Source of the DNA: a virus
DNA length: 64,000 nt
IMG/VR virus record: IMGVR_UViG_3300009181_007093
Reading direction: 5' to 3' (one strand)
Both the position numbers and the translations under genes were made by a program. Shown piece by piece: positions 39,401 through 48,305 of this stretch (positions within the stretch are counted from its first letter, which is position 1; each line of letters starts with the position of its first letter). The notes under the pieces are model-generated. The model had not been told where the DNA came from. It saw only the letters and a list, made by a program, of their open reading frames with translations, and searched no databases.

Positions 39401-41427
39401 GTGATGGTATCACTTTCGATAACTTGAATTTTAATATCATCAATGTTTGTAATGGATACAGTGAATCCGTCTGTGGTTGATGTTGTCTCGCCAAATTCTG
39501 GTGCAATACCAGAATCACATAAAGAAATATAATGAACTGCTGCTGGTATTGTTTCCTCTCCTCCACAAAACCATCCAGAAGTGTTAGGTCCTGAAGATGC
39601 CGCCTCATGTCCTGAATAAAGTATGCCGTAGTTGCACTGTGCTGCTGAACAGACAGTAGCACTGTATGCGATTCCATCCTCAGGGTCACATGGAGCCTGA
39701 CAAAGGCATCGCTCAGAAGGATTAGCAATCCACATCCAATCGGGATGGCTCGGCGGACCAGTTTCTAAATCGTGACATGAGCCGCTAACGAAACTGGATG
39801 TTCCAAATATTAGTGAATTTTGTCCAAGTGGATATCCCTCGCTAGGGACAAAATCTGGAGCAGCACAACAATATCCACAATCATCACAGCAGTCACCAGG
39901 ACAATCATCCGATAGCAACTCACTCTCACCAACCGGGGGAAAGCCAGTATGCAGAGAGCTTCCCATCGGGTTGGACTTCCCACCATAGCCAACTAATCCG
40001 CATGGTGGTGGGGCTGATTTTTCTTCACAGCCACCAGAAGTACAATCCCATTGAAGTTCTATGTCACAATAATAATATTCATAACACATGCTGTCACAAG
40101 CATTTGACGTTGTGTGTATAAAGCCTGCGTGAGCCCAGTAATCTCTGATCCACTCACCTTCACCACATCCTGTACTTGAATAACATACGTACCGAAACTG
40201 GCAAGAAGGTGCGGCACAGGAATTTGTTTCCCATAATGCTGGGGAACCTGTTCGGCAACAATGATAAGACTGTATGTCTGGATCTTCGCTGTCATCACGG
40301 ACACAGCCGGTATAAGTTTGTCCCGGTGGCTCAAGAGTCGGAGACACATCAGAACATTTATAATTAAGCGAATTATTAAAACATATTTCCACCTCCATCC
40401 CATTAACGAGCGTTTGAAAACTGAAAGCTGGTGCCGGGTCGTATTGCCCTGCGGGTGCAAAAAAATCATGATAATGCGAAGATGGCGTTACAAGGTTGGT
40501 AGCGGAGTATAAACTTATATGAACATTACCAGATGCGTCTACTAAACAGCCATCTGGTATTATTCCACTGAGCAGACCACCACTGTCGGTTGTTTTTGTT
40601 ATACAGTCACACAAACAATTCATATCGGTGGAGTCACATGTTGAATCTTCGCTCCATCTTCCTTCCAATCCTTTACCACGACCTATTGCGGTCGCAATAA
40701 CTTTGACTCCAGGCACATCGTCCGCCATAGGCGTTGTACATTCTATTTCTGTAACATCATCAACACAATGTGCGTATCCGATATATCCACTACGAGGTGC
40801 TATCGGATTCGAGGCTGCTAAAGTATCTAAATCATCGGAATCGGAATCTCTTAAAAAGCAGCAAGAGCCTAAGGGAGGACAGCCAGGCGGATCTCCATCG
40901 GGATTACAAGCGTAGACCGTGCCCGAACCCATTGTCCAGCCTGAATCTTGAGGGTTTCCGGCGGGTTCGAGGTCTTCGGCATGGTAACAGTCATATTGTG
41001 ATACAGGAGTACCTCCGACTGTAACGGGATCGCATATCCCATTATAACAACAAGCACCAGGACACGGACTATACCCAGCGTTCCCGTCACCATCAGTCTC
41101 GCAATCCGATCCGATAGCACCAGATGTTCCGCCATTGGCAGAGCATACTGTTATTGACACAAAAACACATACTCCTACATATGTTGATGTACAACCACAA
41201 CACGATCTATTGCATATGTCACAGTCGAAATCTTCTCCTTCTGCTTCATCAGCATAGGAATGCCATTCACCGCCACAGCAGTCGGCTTCTGTACTATCTT
41301 CAACGCATTCGATTATTGATGAAACACGTACTGCACCACAACACACCCCTGTTGGTGGAGGAGGTTTGCTTAGACTAAAAAGTATGTTTTGACTAACGTT
41401 TAGAGTTCCAGTTTCTCCGAGTTTCAT
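33493..41427 (-). CDS. giant tail fibre/adhesin: Cys-rich N-terminus, 20 Ig-like repeats, C-terminal FGE-sulfatase (C-type lectin fold) domain
   Basis: 2644 aa; repeat ALTPTFG..T.TADGFTVQISNYD..YTW.GTA..GLVTVTGVA..TSSTATITT; tip MVTVGNPGN..YKIGKYHVT..ENEWYKAAYY..DQSGNVFQW..RGG.W..FRLA. Confidence 0.8.
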   Translation of the reverse strand: MKLGETGTLNVSQNILFSLSKPPPPTGVCCGAVRVSSIIECVEDSTEADCCGGEWHSYADEAEGEDFDCDICNRSCCGCTSTYVGVCVFVSITVCSANGGTSGAIGSDCETDGDGNAGYSPCPGACCYNGICDPVTVGGTPVSQYDCYHAEDLEPAGNPQDSGWTMGSGTVYACNPDGDPPGCPPLGSCCFLRDSDSDDLDTLAASNPIAPRSGYIGYAHCVDDVTEIECTTPMADDVPGVKVIATAIGRGKGLEGRWSEDSTCDSTDMNCLCDCITKTTDSGGLLSGIIPDGCLVDASGNVHISLYSATNLVTPSSHYHDFFAPAGQYDPAPAFSFQTLVNGMEVEICFNNSLNYKCSDVSPTLEPPGQTYTGCVRDDSEDPDIQSYHCCRTGSPALWETNSCAAPSCQFRYVCYSSTGCGEGEWIRDYWAHAGFIHTTSNACDSMCYEYYYCDIELQWDCTSGGCEEKSAPPPCGLVGYGGKSNPMGSSLHTGFPPVGESELLSDDCPGDCCDDCGYCCAAPDFVPSEGYPLGQNSLIFGTSSFVSGSCHDLETGPPSHPDWMWIANPSERCLCQAPCDPEDGIAYSATVCSAAQCNYGILYSGHEAASSGPNTSGWFCGGEETIPAAVHYISLCDSGIAPEFGETTSTTDGFTVSITNIDDIKIQVIESDTITFALSGVATASGSVSIDDETGVVTVTNVADGVSSTATIKIHDTVDTTPYYSVITGRVAPGGGVFVRDVNADITAISLEEALTPEFAEPYPTNDGFYVQITNYDSSYTWAGTAVADAPFRILTGNISASVDGEGLVTVTGVSAETDSTATITTEKAGSAPGTADIGDKSLAPALIPTFGDTVSTADGFITLITNYDDSYTWTGTATSGIVAISSGGVEGLGFITVTGVANNTASTATITTQKDNSDEGNAQTTATSLAALTPTFGATTKTADGFTVQITNYNANYTWTGEATAQGTATINGNGFVTVTGVAPFTSSVLTIKTDRTVCPDPPFPCVVYPQGSDMITEVSLHAALIPQFGSPTATADGFYVQVTNYDATYTWGSTASLGSATIDGYGLVTVTGVPAAAVSTATITTTKEDSVPGGNYITGLVPLLPALIPDFESITPTADGFTVQISNYDGSFSWSGEATASGSVDVSGSGLVTVTGVAAATSSTATITTTKPNALNGSAQVWTTSLGAALTPTFGSPTPTATGFTVYIGNYNSTYSWGGTATASGSVSISGGGLITVTGVATGTSSTATITTAKTGFNNGSATVTETSLNSALTPAFGTPTVTAGGFTVQISNYSGSYSWAGTATASGTVAVSGSGLVTVTGVAAATSSTATITTTRVGYVGGTAQITAFPTDALTPAFGTPTSTADGFTVQISNYDSSYTWSGSATASGSVTISGSGLVTVNSVATLTISTATITTVKTGHSNGTATVTETSLDSALTPTFGSPTSTADGFKVQISNYDYSYYWAGTATAGTVTVSGTGLVTVTGVAVGTSSTATITTVRDGYAGGTAEVTATSLLAALNPTFGTKTATADGFTVQISNYDAAYTWNAAGYGAASISGSGLVAVTGVATGVSSSVTITTTRTGYVEGWSQTTETSLYAALTPAFGTITPKADGFTVMISNYDAAYTWAGTATASGSVSISGTGLATVTGLAADTSSTATITTTRLGYASGSATVTSTSALIPTFGSPTSTNGGFTVQISNYDSSYSWAGTASGSVAINGTGLVTVTGLAADTPSTATITATKNSIVGGSTVTGVSLAAGLTPTFGSTTPTADGFHVQITNYNNSYYWSGTATSGSVAIDGGGLVTITGVAANTSSTATITTVCLSCGSIAQGSVSSNAQVMATSLLAALTPEVSANNSIVRTVDGFTIPITNYDSSYTWSGDATSGAVGITGFTGFLIGEGLITVTGVAPDTYVAATITTTKIGHAIGKITVFSRSLPIAALTPTFGSPTPTADGFTVQTSNYDAAYTWAGTASAAGTATINGSGLVTVTGVAPHTPSTATIVTKRTGYADGIGRVTATSLFAAKTPTFGSPTRTADGFTVQISNYDDAYMWAGTATASGSVVVSGTGLVTVTGVAPGTSSTATITTTRAGYVGGTADVTETSLLAPLTPTFGAPTKNAHGFTVQISNYNGLYTWAGTATASGSVYVSGTGLITVTGVAAATSSTATITTTRSGYVGGSASVTEISLLAERTPTFGSTTATADGFTVQISNYDALYTWAGTATASGSVAVSGTGLVTVTGVAPGTSSTATITTTRTGYAGGTANVMATSVVGAALNPTFGTPTATNGGFTVQISNYSGSYTWAGTATASGSVAISGTGLVTVTGVAFGTSSTATITTTRTGYFGGLATVTQTSSGIAMIMVTVGNPGNAADAGSSNPGYGAVAYSYKIGKYHVTGSQYTAFLNAVGSTDSYSLYNDSMNQSQGVAKISRAGTSGSYTYAVMESTGDLPIAHINWFDCARFANWMSNDQPSGAQTSTTTENGTYNLNGATSGNAVVVNAANPNTGLAPTYRIPLENEWYKAAYYKGGSTNAGYWTYATQSDTAPGNDPFYHSSPNQANYNNVFGNSTGVGFFNNSASFYGTFDQSGNVFQWNDLDGTVGSSRGVRGGGWASNSFNISSSFRGTNSTSTAGNGISFRLAGTA
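34360..39505 (-). repeat. 20 tandem ~250-bp (~83-aa) coding repeats
   Basis: 20 copies counted by the P.F(G)..DGF.V.I.NY motif; the antisense ORF series in the track mirrors the period. Confidence 0.9.
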
Positions 41428-41433
41428 TTTTTC

Positions 41434-42681
41434 TCATTCTACTATAAATCTAAGATCTATATCTTTAAACTTAGGTTGACTTTTAAATTTATTTCTTATT
41501 TTTATTTTATTAGTATCACTTATACTTTTTTGTGAGATAATATCTATAAATTCAGATGAGCATCTTACTTGTTTTATTTCTTCTATACTTAGTGATTCAA
41601 GTTCTAATTTTATTTCATTAAACATCATACCTTTGATTAAAAATGGTCTACTTTGTAGCAGTTCAAAGTCTCTATATAATCTGCCACAATCACATCTCTT
41701 ATATTGGCTGTTTATTATGCATAAATCCCCATTCCAGTAGCCGATAAATGGGCTTGGAAAAGAAAAGTAATCTGTGCTAATGAGCTTATTATTTTCACCT
41801 TGCTCACACCAACATATATTATCTAGCAAATGATAGTTTTTATGTTTACAACTGAAAAATGAAGCTCCTCCATCCCAACATCTCATATGATCGCATATAT
41901 TTTTTACATATTTTTTTTCAAGTAAAAAGTTTATATCTTTAGATAATATTTTTTCATTTGTATTGCTTAACAAGTCACATACTTTACGTTTATAGTTAAA
42001 CTTTTTTATATAGTGGCATAAAGAATTTGTAGAAGATCCCGGCATCAACATTACATTAATTTTATTTTTGGAAAGGTATTTTAGAAGATATAAAAAGAAT
42101 TTTTTTGGATTGTCCGTTCTCATTTTAAAGTTTGCATAATGTATTTCGGCGTTTCTTTTTATTCCATGGTTATACATAAAGTTATTTGTGTACTTTTTTA
42201 CGGTAATTATTTTTTTATTATCATATTCTTTATTATCAAATAAATACATTATTTTTGGTGTATTGTTTATTTTAAATTCATCTAATATGAGATCATAGTG
42301 ATTTTCACATTCTATAAAGCTAAAAAAATTATTCCATCTTAGATATGGGAATGGTTTTCCGGTCATGCTTCCATTCGTTTGCATAGGGGCAGATTGATGC
42401 AGCATAGATTGCACATACCAATCTTTTTTATGCATCAAATCTTTTTTGCTAATTTCGCCATAAAGATTTTTATATACATTGCTTTCTTTTTTTGCCCAAT
42501 CCGTTATATTACTTTTAAGTATTTCAATGACTTTTAAAACTAGTTCTTCATCTTCATACAAAAGGTTTGTACATATTTTCTTATATTCATATAAAATATG
42601 TTTATGGTTATAATCTTTTTCTTTAATCCATACGTTTTCATATAGGTACAAGAAGTTTTTTACTGCCTTTGTGTTCCGCAT
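41434..42681 (-). CDS. phenylacetate-CoA ligase/CapK-like adenylate-forming protein (divergent)
   Basis: QTNGSMTGKP (P-loop TSGSTG-like), STDY...PFI.Y.NGD, CDCGR motifs. Confidence 0.65.
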   Translation of the reverse strand: MRNTKAVKNFLYLYENVWIKEKDYNHKHILYEYKKICTNLLYEDEELVLKVIEILKSNITDWAKKESNVYKNLYGEISKKDLMHKKDWYVQSMLHQSAPMQTNGSMTGKPFPYLRWNNFFSFIECENHYDLILDEFKINNTPKIMYLFDNKEYDNKKIITVKKYTNNFMYNHGIKRNAEIHYANFKMRTDNPKKFFLYLLKYLSKNKINVMLMPGSSTNSLCHYIKKFNYKRKVCDLLSNTNEKILSKDINFLLEKKYVKNICDHMRCWDGGASFFSCKHKNYHLLDNICWCEQGENNKLISTDYFSFPSPFIGYWNGDLCIINSQYKRCDCGRLYRDFELLQSRPFLIKGMMFNEIKLELESLSIEEIKQVRCSSEFIDIISQKSISDTNKIKIRNKFKSQPKFKDIDLRFIVE

Positions 42682-43325
42682 CCTTCTCTCACGAAAAAGT
42701 TTAAAGTGATTTTTTTAGTATGTGCCCATTTTATATTAGGAATCCATCTCGAGACGAGATCCCAGTCTGCTCCTTTTTTTACACATCTCCATCCTCCATA
42801 TTTATTTATTAACCATCTTTTGTGTAGCATTTCCGATGTATCAATATATCCTTCTTTTGGAATAAAAGGATGAATTCTTGTTAATAGCAATTGGTTTTTA
42901 GTTGATAATAGTCTTGTTCCTGTATACGCAAGATCAGAGTCGTTTTCTTGTATTTTTTTATATAAGCATTCGAGATGATCAGGTTCATACCAATTGTCAT
43001 CATCTAGATATGCTATTAAGTTATTGGAGCTATTCATAATAGCAAAATTTCTTGGACCCCATCCTGATCCGCCGCAATTTGAAGGCAGATTAAAATATTT
43101 AAATCTACTGTCTTTTTTGATAACTGATTTCACAATTGATTCTATTTCTATACAATTTTCGCATTCCAAACATGTTTGTGTAGTTTTAGAGCAAGAGTCT
43201 TTTACAATAAAGCAATTAAAATGCGGGTATGTTTGATTTTGTACAGATTTAATTGCTCGTAATATCCAAGACGGGTCAGCATGAAAAGTTGGCATGCATA
43301 CTAGAATTTCTTCATGTGATATCAT
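42660..43325 (-). CDS. glycosyltransferase family 2
   Basis: MPTF..RAIKSVQNQTY, RNFAI, IAYLDDDN.Y.PDHLE, DW. Confidence 0.88.
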   Translation of the reverse strand: MISHEEILVCMPTFHADPSWILRAIKSVQNQTYPHFNCFIVKDSCSKTTQTCLECENCIEIESIVKSVIKKDSRFKYFNLPSNCGGSGWGPRNFAIMNSSNNLIAYLDDDNWYEPDHLECLYKKIQENDSDLAYTGTRLLSTKNQLLLTRIHPFIPKEGYIDTSEMLHKRWLINKYGGWRCVKKGADWDLVSRWIPNIKWAHTKKITLNFFVREGCGTQRQ

Positions 43326-43386
43326 TTGATTGACAAATTTGTTATTTTTGTTAAATTAAAATCATACATAATAATAAAGTAGTAAA

Positions 43387-44541
43387 ATGGATCAAAAAAA
43401 GATAGATTTTTGGATAAAAAACAACAAGAATGTGTTGTTTATTGGCAAGCATGGAGTTGGCAAGAGTAGTATAATTTTTGATTCTTTTGAGAGAAACCAA
43501 ATTAATTATAAATACTTTTCAGCTAGCACAATGGACCCTTGGGTTGATTTCGTAGGAGTTCCAAAAGAAATAATAGACAAAAAAATACCTGAGCAATTTT
43601 TAGTTTTAAAAGAATTAGCTGCTTTTGATATTGAATTAGCGAATGAATGGGTAACATCTAATTGGAATGTATCAATAGAATCTGCAAAAAAAATTGTTTT
43701 ATATGTTTTAGAAAGAGAACAAGGTACTTCATACTTGGATTTTGTTCGTCCTCATGAATTCGCAACAGGTGAAATAGAAGCATTGTTTTTTGATGAATTC
43801 AATAGAAGCCCTAAAAAAGTCCGTAACGCCGTAATGGAATTGCTTCAATTTAAGTCTATAAATGGTCACAAGTTTCCTAAGCTAAGGATGGTATGGGCGG
43901 CAATCAATCCAGATGATGACAATATTTATGATGTAGAAAAGTTAGATCCCGCCCAAAAGGATAGGTTTCATATTTGCGTTAATTTGCCATATAAGCCGAA
44001 TGTTGAATGGTTTAGAGACAAATACGGTAAAAGAATAGCAGACTCTGCGATTCAATGGTGGGAAGAGCTATCCGAAGAAGAAAAAAACAAAATATCTCCT
44101 AGAAGGATGCAATATGCTTTGGACATATATATTCAAAAAGGAGACATGAGAGATGTTCTACCTGTGTCTAGTAATGTATCAAAACTACATTCAGCCATTC
44201 ATAGTGGTCCTACATTAGAGCGTTTGGAGAGTTTAATATCTTCTAAGGACAACAAAGAATCTTTAGTTTTTTTAAGCAATGAAAATAATTATGAGTCTGC
44301 AATTAAGTATATTTTAAAATCTAGTGAACTACAAAAATATTTTTTGCCGCTTATACCAAAAGAAAAGATCGCATTGCTTCTTTCAGAAAACGATAAGGCT
44401 GCAACTTATATTATAGATAATTTTAAAAACGTTGAAATTTTTAAACAAGTGTGCGAGAGTATTATTAAGGCAAACACAAACAAGAAGTTGGTTAAGAAAA
44501 TAAGAACACAATTAACTGAAGCCGAAATAGAAAATACCTAA
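43387..44541 (+). CDS. MoxR-like AAA+ ATPase
   Basis: GKHGVGKS, DFVGVP, LFFDEFNR, AAINP, LDPAQKDRF, SPRR. Confidence 0.85.
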   Translation: MDQKKIDFWIKNNKNVLFIGKHGVGKSSIIFDSFERNQINYKYFSASTMDPWVDFVGVPKEIIDKKIPEQFLVLKELAAFDIELANEWVTSNWNVSIESAKKIVLYVLEREQGTSYLDFVRPHEFATGEIEALFFDEFNRSPKKVRNAVMELLQFKSINGHKFPKLRMVWAAINPDDDNIYDVEKLDPAQKDRFHICVNLPYKPNVEWFRDKYGKRIADSAIQWWEELSEEEKNKISPRRMQYALDIYIQKGDMRDVLPVSSNVSKLHSAIHSGPTLERLESLISSKDNKESLVFLSNENNYESAIKYILKSSELQKYFLPLIPKEKIALLLSENDKAATYIIDNFKNVEIFKQVCESIIKANTNKKLVKKIRTQLTEAEIENT

Positions 44542-44545
44542 TCAG

Positions 44546-45775
44546 TTATTCAAATTTTTCTAATTCAAAAAAGTTACATTTTTTTGAAATGAACCTTTTT
44601 GTAGAATTTTCAGTTAAAAACCAATACCAGTTACTCGCTTTTTTTGGATTTATTATATCTCCATATCCATCTGTTATAACAAATACACCTTGTGGATAAT
44701 CTTCCCCGTCAGAAACTTTTTTTTGAATGAACTCTTCAAGAATTGAAAACTTTGTGTTTCCACCACCAAAAACCTTTCTGCTTTTTAATGATGTTTCCAC
44801 TACTTTGGTATCAAAGCAAAAAAGCCGCACGCTGAATCTTTCTTCTGGTAAAGATAATGCAGCCGAAAAGAATCTATCTTTTAAACCCCAACAGGACCCA
44901 GATGTGTCCATAAAAAAATAAACATTTAATTTGTCTTCTTTTTTCTCTATTGTTTCTATTTCTGCTGTAGATGGAAGAAACACATTTGAAGAGAATGCAC
45001 TCAACCGCCGATTCAGTCGGCACCATTGCTCCACATCTTTTTCAGATCTGTTCGCCGTAAAAGAAGACCAATTAGATATTACTGTTTCCCATTTATTCTT
45101 TTTTTTAATGGGTCTAATTTCTAAAATTTCCACATCTGGGATTGCATCGTTTTTTTTCATAACATCAAGTATCGGATCTTTTTCTTCTTCAGAAAGATCA
45201 TTAAGACATGTTTTTAATAATTTATTAGAATCAACTTCCATAAAATTGTGGTCATCAACTGTTCCGATATTTCCTGTGCCTGGCCCACCGTCACCGTATG
45301 TTTTTTCAAAAAGGTTATAATAAAACTCATACGTTTCATTTGTGTCGACTGTCTTATGTGGGAAAATATTGTCTACCCAACAATAGCTTTCATGATTTTT
45401 TATTTTTTCTTTTTCAAAGCCAAATTTTTCTATTAAAAGATGATTTACAACCAAATCTAAAGAGAGATTGCACGCCAGTCTGTTGAAACGAGTTGAATCT
45501 TTTATTCTTACACCATGATTAAGCGTAACGTGCAAACATTCATGACAAATAATAAATAACTTGTTATAAAGATCTAAACTATTCCAAAATATAGGATTAA
45601 AAATAAAAACAAAAAATTCACCTTCTTTGTCAAACTGAATTGCTGCTGTTTCTATTTCTTCTGTAAATGTTGGTTTTCCTATTTGCCAAAGTTTATAGAA
45701 TATGGCGTGATGCGATTCTAAAGAAGAGCTTATTTCAAACCAAAAATCACTTGAAATTTTTACGGTATTTTTCAA
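44546..45775 (-). CDS. metallopeptidase + VWA domain protein (DUF2201-like)
   Basis: HECLH, D..VN, DDH, DTSGS MIDAS, GGGNT, ITDGY. Confidence 0.85.
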   Translation of the reverse strand: MKNTVKISSDFWFEISSSLESHHAIFYKLWQIGKPTFTEEIETAAIQFDKEGEFFVFIFNPIFWNSLDLYNKLFIICHECLHVTLNHGVRIKDSTRFNRLACNLSLDLVVNHLLIEKFGFEKEKIKNHESYCWVDNIFPHKTVDTNETYEFYYNLFEKTYGDGGPGTGNIGTVDDHNFMEVDSNKLLKTCLNDLSEEEKDPILDVMKKNDAIPDVEILEIRPIKKKNKWETVISNWSSFTANRSEKDVEQWCRLNRRLSAFSSNVFLPSTAEIETIEKKEDKLNVYFFMDTSGSCWGLKDRFFSAALSLPEERFSVRLFCFDTKVVETSLKSRKVFGGGNTKFSILEEFIQKKVSDGEDYPQGVFVITDGYGDIINPKKASNWYWFLTENSTKRFISKKCNFFELEKFE

Positions 45776-45869
45776 TTAATTGCCCTTTTTTGCGATTATA
45801 TTCAATATTATTTAGCAGAAAAAATTAAAAAAAGCAATAATAACTTCTTTTAATTTGCTATATATTTGC

Positions 45870-46409
45870 ATGAATTACGAATTTGAAGATTTAAACGATT
45901 TCATTACGGATGATGATTTACTGAGTCGGAAAAAAGGCAAAAAAGTCAATGGAAAGAAAAAAGGCAATAGAAAAGAATTAGAGTTGACTAAGATTCTTAA
46001 CAAAAGATTCGGCACAGGGTTTAGCAGAACTGTTGGCTCTGGTAACAGGTGGTCACAGACAAATCACTTGCCAAAACACGCACAAGACATGTTTACTGGA
46101 GATCTTATCACACCAGTAAACTTTAAGTTTGTACTAGAAAGTAAAGGAGGATATGAAGACATAGACCTCAATGCAATTTTTCTACATGGAAACAAAGAAT
46201 TAGAAGAATTTTTAAATCAAGTTTCTAGAGATGCAAAACGATGCGATAAGAAACCAATGTTATGTTGGAAAAAGAATAGAAAACCGTGGTTAGTTGCCAT
46301 ACTAAGCAAAGATGTTCCAAAAGAATTTGAATATGAATTAAAGTATTGTAAATGGTCTATTATTGCTTTAGAAGAAATTTTGAAACTAGAAGATACATTT
46401 TTTTTCTAG
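45870..46409 (+). CDS. Holliday junction resolvase-like PD-(D/E)xK nuclease
   Basis: KKKGNRKELE, R..GSG, GDL, LESK; start placed at ATG 45870 after TATATA-N5. Confidence 0.75.
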   Translation: MNYEFEDLNDFITDDDLLSRKKGKKVNGKKKGNRKELELTKILNKRFGTGFSRTVGSGNRWSQTNHLPKHAQDMFTGDLITPVNFKFVLESKGGYEDIDLNAIFLHGNKELEEFLNQVSRDAKRCDKKPMLCWKKNRKPWLVAILSKDVPKEFEYELKYCKWSIIALEEILKLEDTFFF

Positions 46410-47146
46410 TTTTCAAAGAAAAATTTATACGCTGTTAAATCTTCTATTTCATTAAAATTGTTTGCATCGAATGTTTTCAGTTTACTTAGTTTCTCTCGTT
46501 CAGAGGATTCTTTTACGCCAGTTGCTTTTCCTCTTGCCGCTTTTTCAGTGAATTCTTCTATTGTTTTACAATAGTAATGATTTATTTGTGCGACGTCATC
46601 GAGTACGGTTTCACTAAATGCACCATACATTGGTTCGTGATTTGTATTTACTATGAAACAATCTGGATGATGAACAAACATCGTTTTGCAAGATTTTATT
46701 TTTATAATTGATTTTATTAGTTTATTTGGTTTTATCTGTCTTTTAGTGAATCTTTTAACCAAGCTATAATCTTTTATTGCGACTCCTGATTGGTCGTTGT
46801 CTCCAAAAAGAACCCAGTTTATTCCTACCCCGCTATGTTTTTCATATTGACTCACAAAGTCTTTAACGAATTTATGCTTTTTTAATACTAAAAACTCATC
46901 TATATCAAAAAAAGCTGCCCAATCGTATGTCTTGCCATAATTCTTTATAAAATGAGCATAACTTTTTTGTTGTTGTTGTGACTTTTCATCAAAACTTATT
47001 GTTTCAACAATTGGGTCTATTATTCCACTTCTCCAATTATTTTCATAGATAAATATTTTATCAAAACCTAATTTTTTATTATATTCACACCATTCTTTTA
47101 TGTAATGATCTTCGTTTTTTGCAATACAAACGAGGGCAATATTCAT
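46406..47146 (-). CDS. glycosyltransferase (GT92/GT2-like)
   Basis: CIAKNE..YIKEW..Y..LGFD, WAAFFDIDEFL, KSI, INHYY. Confidence 0.85.
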   Translation of the reverse strand: MNIALVCIAKNEDHYIKEWCEYNKKLGFDKIFIYENNWRSGIIDPIVETISFDEKSQQQQKSYAHFIKNYGKTYDWAAFFDIDEFLVLKKHKFVKDFVSQYEKHSGVGINWVLFGDNDQSGVAIKDYSLVKRFTKRQIKPNKLIKSIIKIKSCKTMFVHHPDCFIVNTNHEPMYGAFSETVLDDVAQINHYYCKTIEEFTEKAARGKATGVKESSEREKLSKLKTFDANNFNEIEDLTAYKFFFEN

Positions 47147-48156
47147 TTTTTAATTACAAAAGTTGTGCATTTTGATGCATTTTTTAAATCATCTGTACCA
47201 ACGTACGAGCAGAAGCTTCGTAATCCGCCCATTATCTGGAAAGCAACATCTTTGACATTTCCTTTATATGGAACCATGGAGCATTTACCTTCACTTGCTT
47301 TGTAATCAGCCATTCCACCATAATGCTTATCCATCGCTTCTTTGCTGCTCATTCCATAAACTTTTAAAGCAGTTTTTTCTCCTTTTTCTCCAATTTCCCA
47401 GTCTCCTTCACATTCCTCACAACCGCACAGGTAGCCTCCTAGCATAACAAAGTCGGCACAGGCACCTATTGCCTTACAAATGTCTCCAGAAGTCACGCAG
47501 CCCCCATCAGCAACGATATGCCCTCCTAGTCCATGAGCCACATCAGCACATTCTATTATCGCACTGAGCTGTGGAACTCCTACCCCTGTAACGTTTCTTG
47601 TTATGCAATGAGAACCTGGTCCTATTCCTATTTTGCATATATCTGCTTTTCCATTAATTAAAATTTCTTGAACCATTTCATCGGTAGCCACATTACCAGC
47701 CATTATTATTGCTTTTGGAAAAAGTTCTCTTATATGAGCAATTTTATCAATAAAATATTTGGAATAACCAGAAGCAGCATCTATACAGATTCTTTCAATT
47801 GAAGCCTTTTCTGAAACATATTTTAATTTTTCAACATCTTTATCTGTGATTCCAAGCGTATAAAAGGCATAATTACTTGATTGCTTTTTTGTAAAAAAGT
47901 TGATTAATTCATTTGGTGCATAAAACTTATGAAGGCATGTAAACATTTCAAATTTGGATAGACTTTCACACATGGCAAAAGTGCCGGTGGTATCCAAGTT
48001 TGCAGCTATTATCGGAACACCTTTAATAGTTATCTTGGAGTTTAAAGTTTTAAAAGTTCTTGAAAGATTAACGTCACATCTACTTCCAACATCACTTCTT
48101 TTTGGCTTTATAAGTACATCTTTAAAATCAAGCTTTATATCTTGTTCTATTCTCAT
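47143..48156 (-). CDS. guaC: GMP reductase
   Basis: KLDFKDVLIKPKRS, AANLDTTGTF, GIGPGSHCITR, ADGGC, YGMSS, ASEGK. Confidence 0.93.
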   Translation of the reverse strand: MRIEQDIKLDFKDVLIKPKRSDVGSRCDVNLSRTFKTLNSKITIKGVPIIAANLDTTGTFAMCESLSKFEMFTCLHKFYAPNELINFFTKKQSSNYAFYTLGITDKDVEKLKYVSEKASIERICIDAASGYSKYFIDKIAHIRELFPKAIIMAGNVATDEMVQEILINGKADICKIGIGPGSHCITRNVTGVGVPQLSAIIECADVAHGLGGHIVADGGCVTSGDICKAIGACADFVMLGGYLCGCEECEGDWEIGEKGEKTALKVYGMSSKEAMDKHYGGMADYKASEGKCSMVPYKGNVKDVAFQIMGGLRSFCSYVGTDDLKNASKCTTFVIKK

Positions 48157-48305
48157 TTTTTTTCTTTTTCTAATGGGTTTGAAAAATATATTGTAGAAGG
48201 AAGGGGTTGTGCTGTGGAAAAAGTAATAGAATGCTTTTTAGGATAGAAAAAGCTAATAACAGATATGAATTTATTTTTTATGAAATTAAGTAGCATTGAT
48301 AATTA

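Noticed and set aside
33720-41378. Many short plus-strand and alternate-frame ORFs (e.g. MLICTVKP.. series)
   Set aside because: Antisense or shadow frames of the repetitive fibre gene
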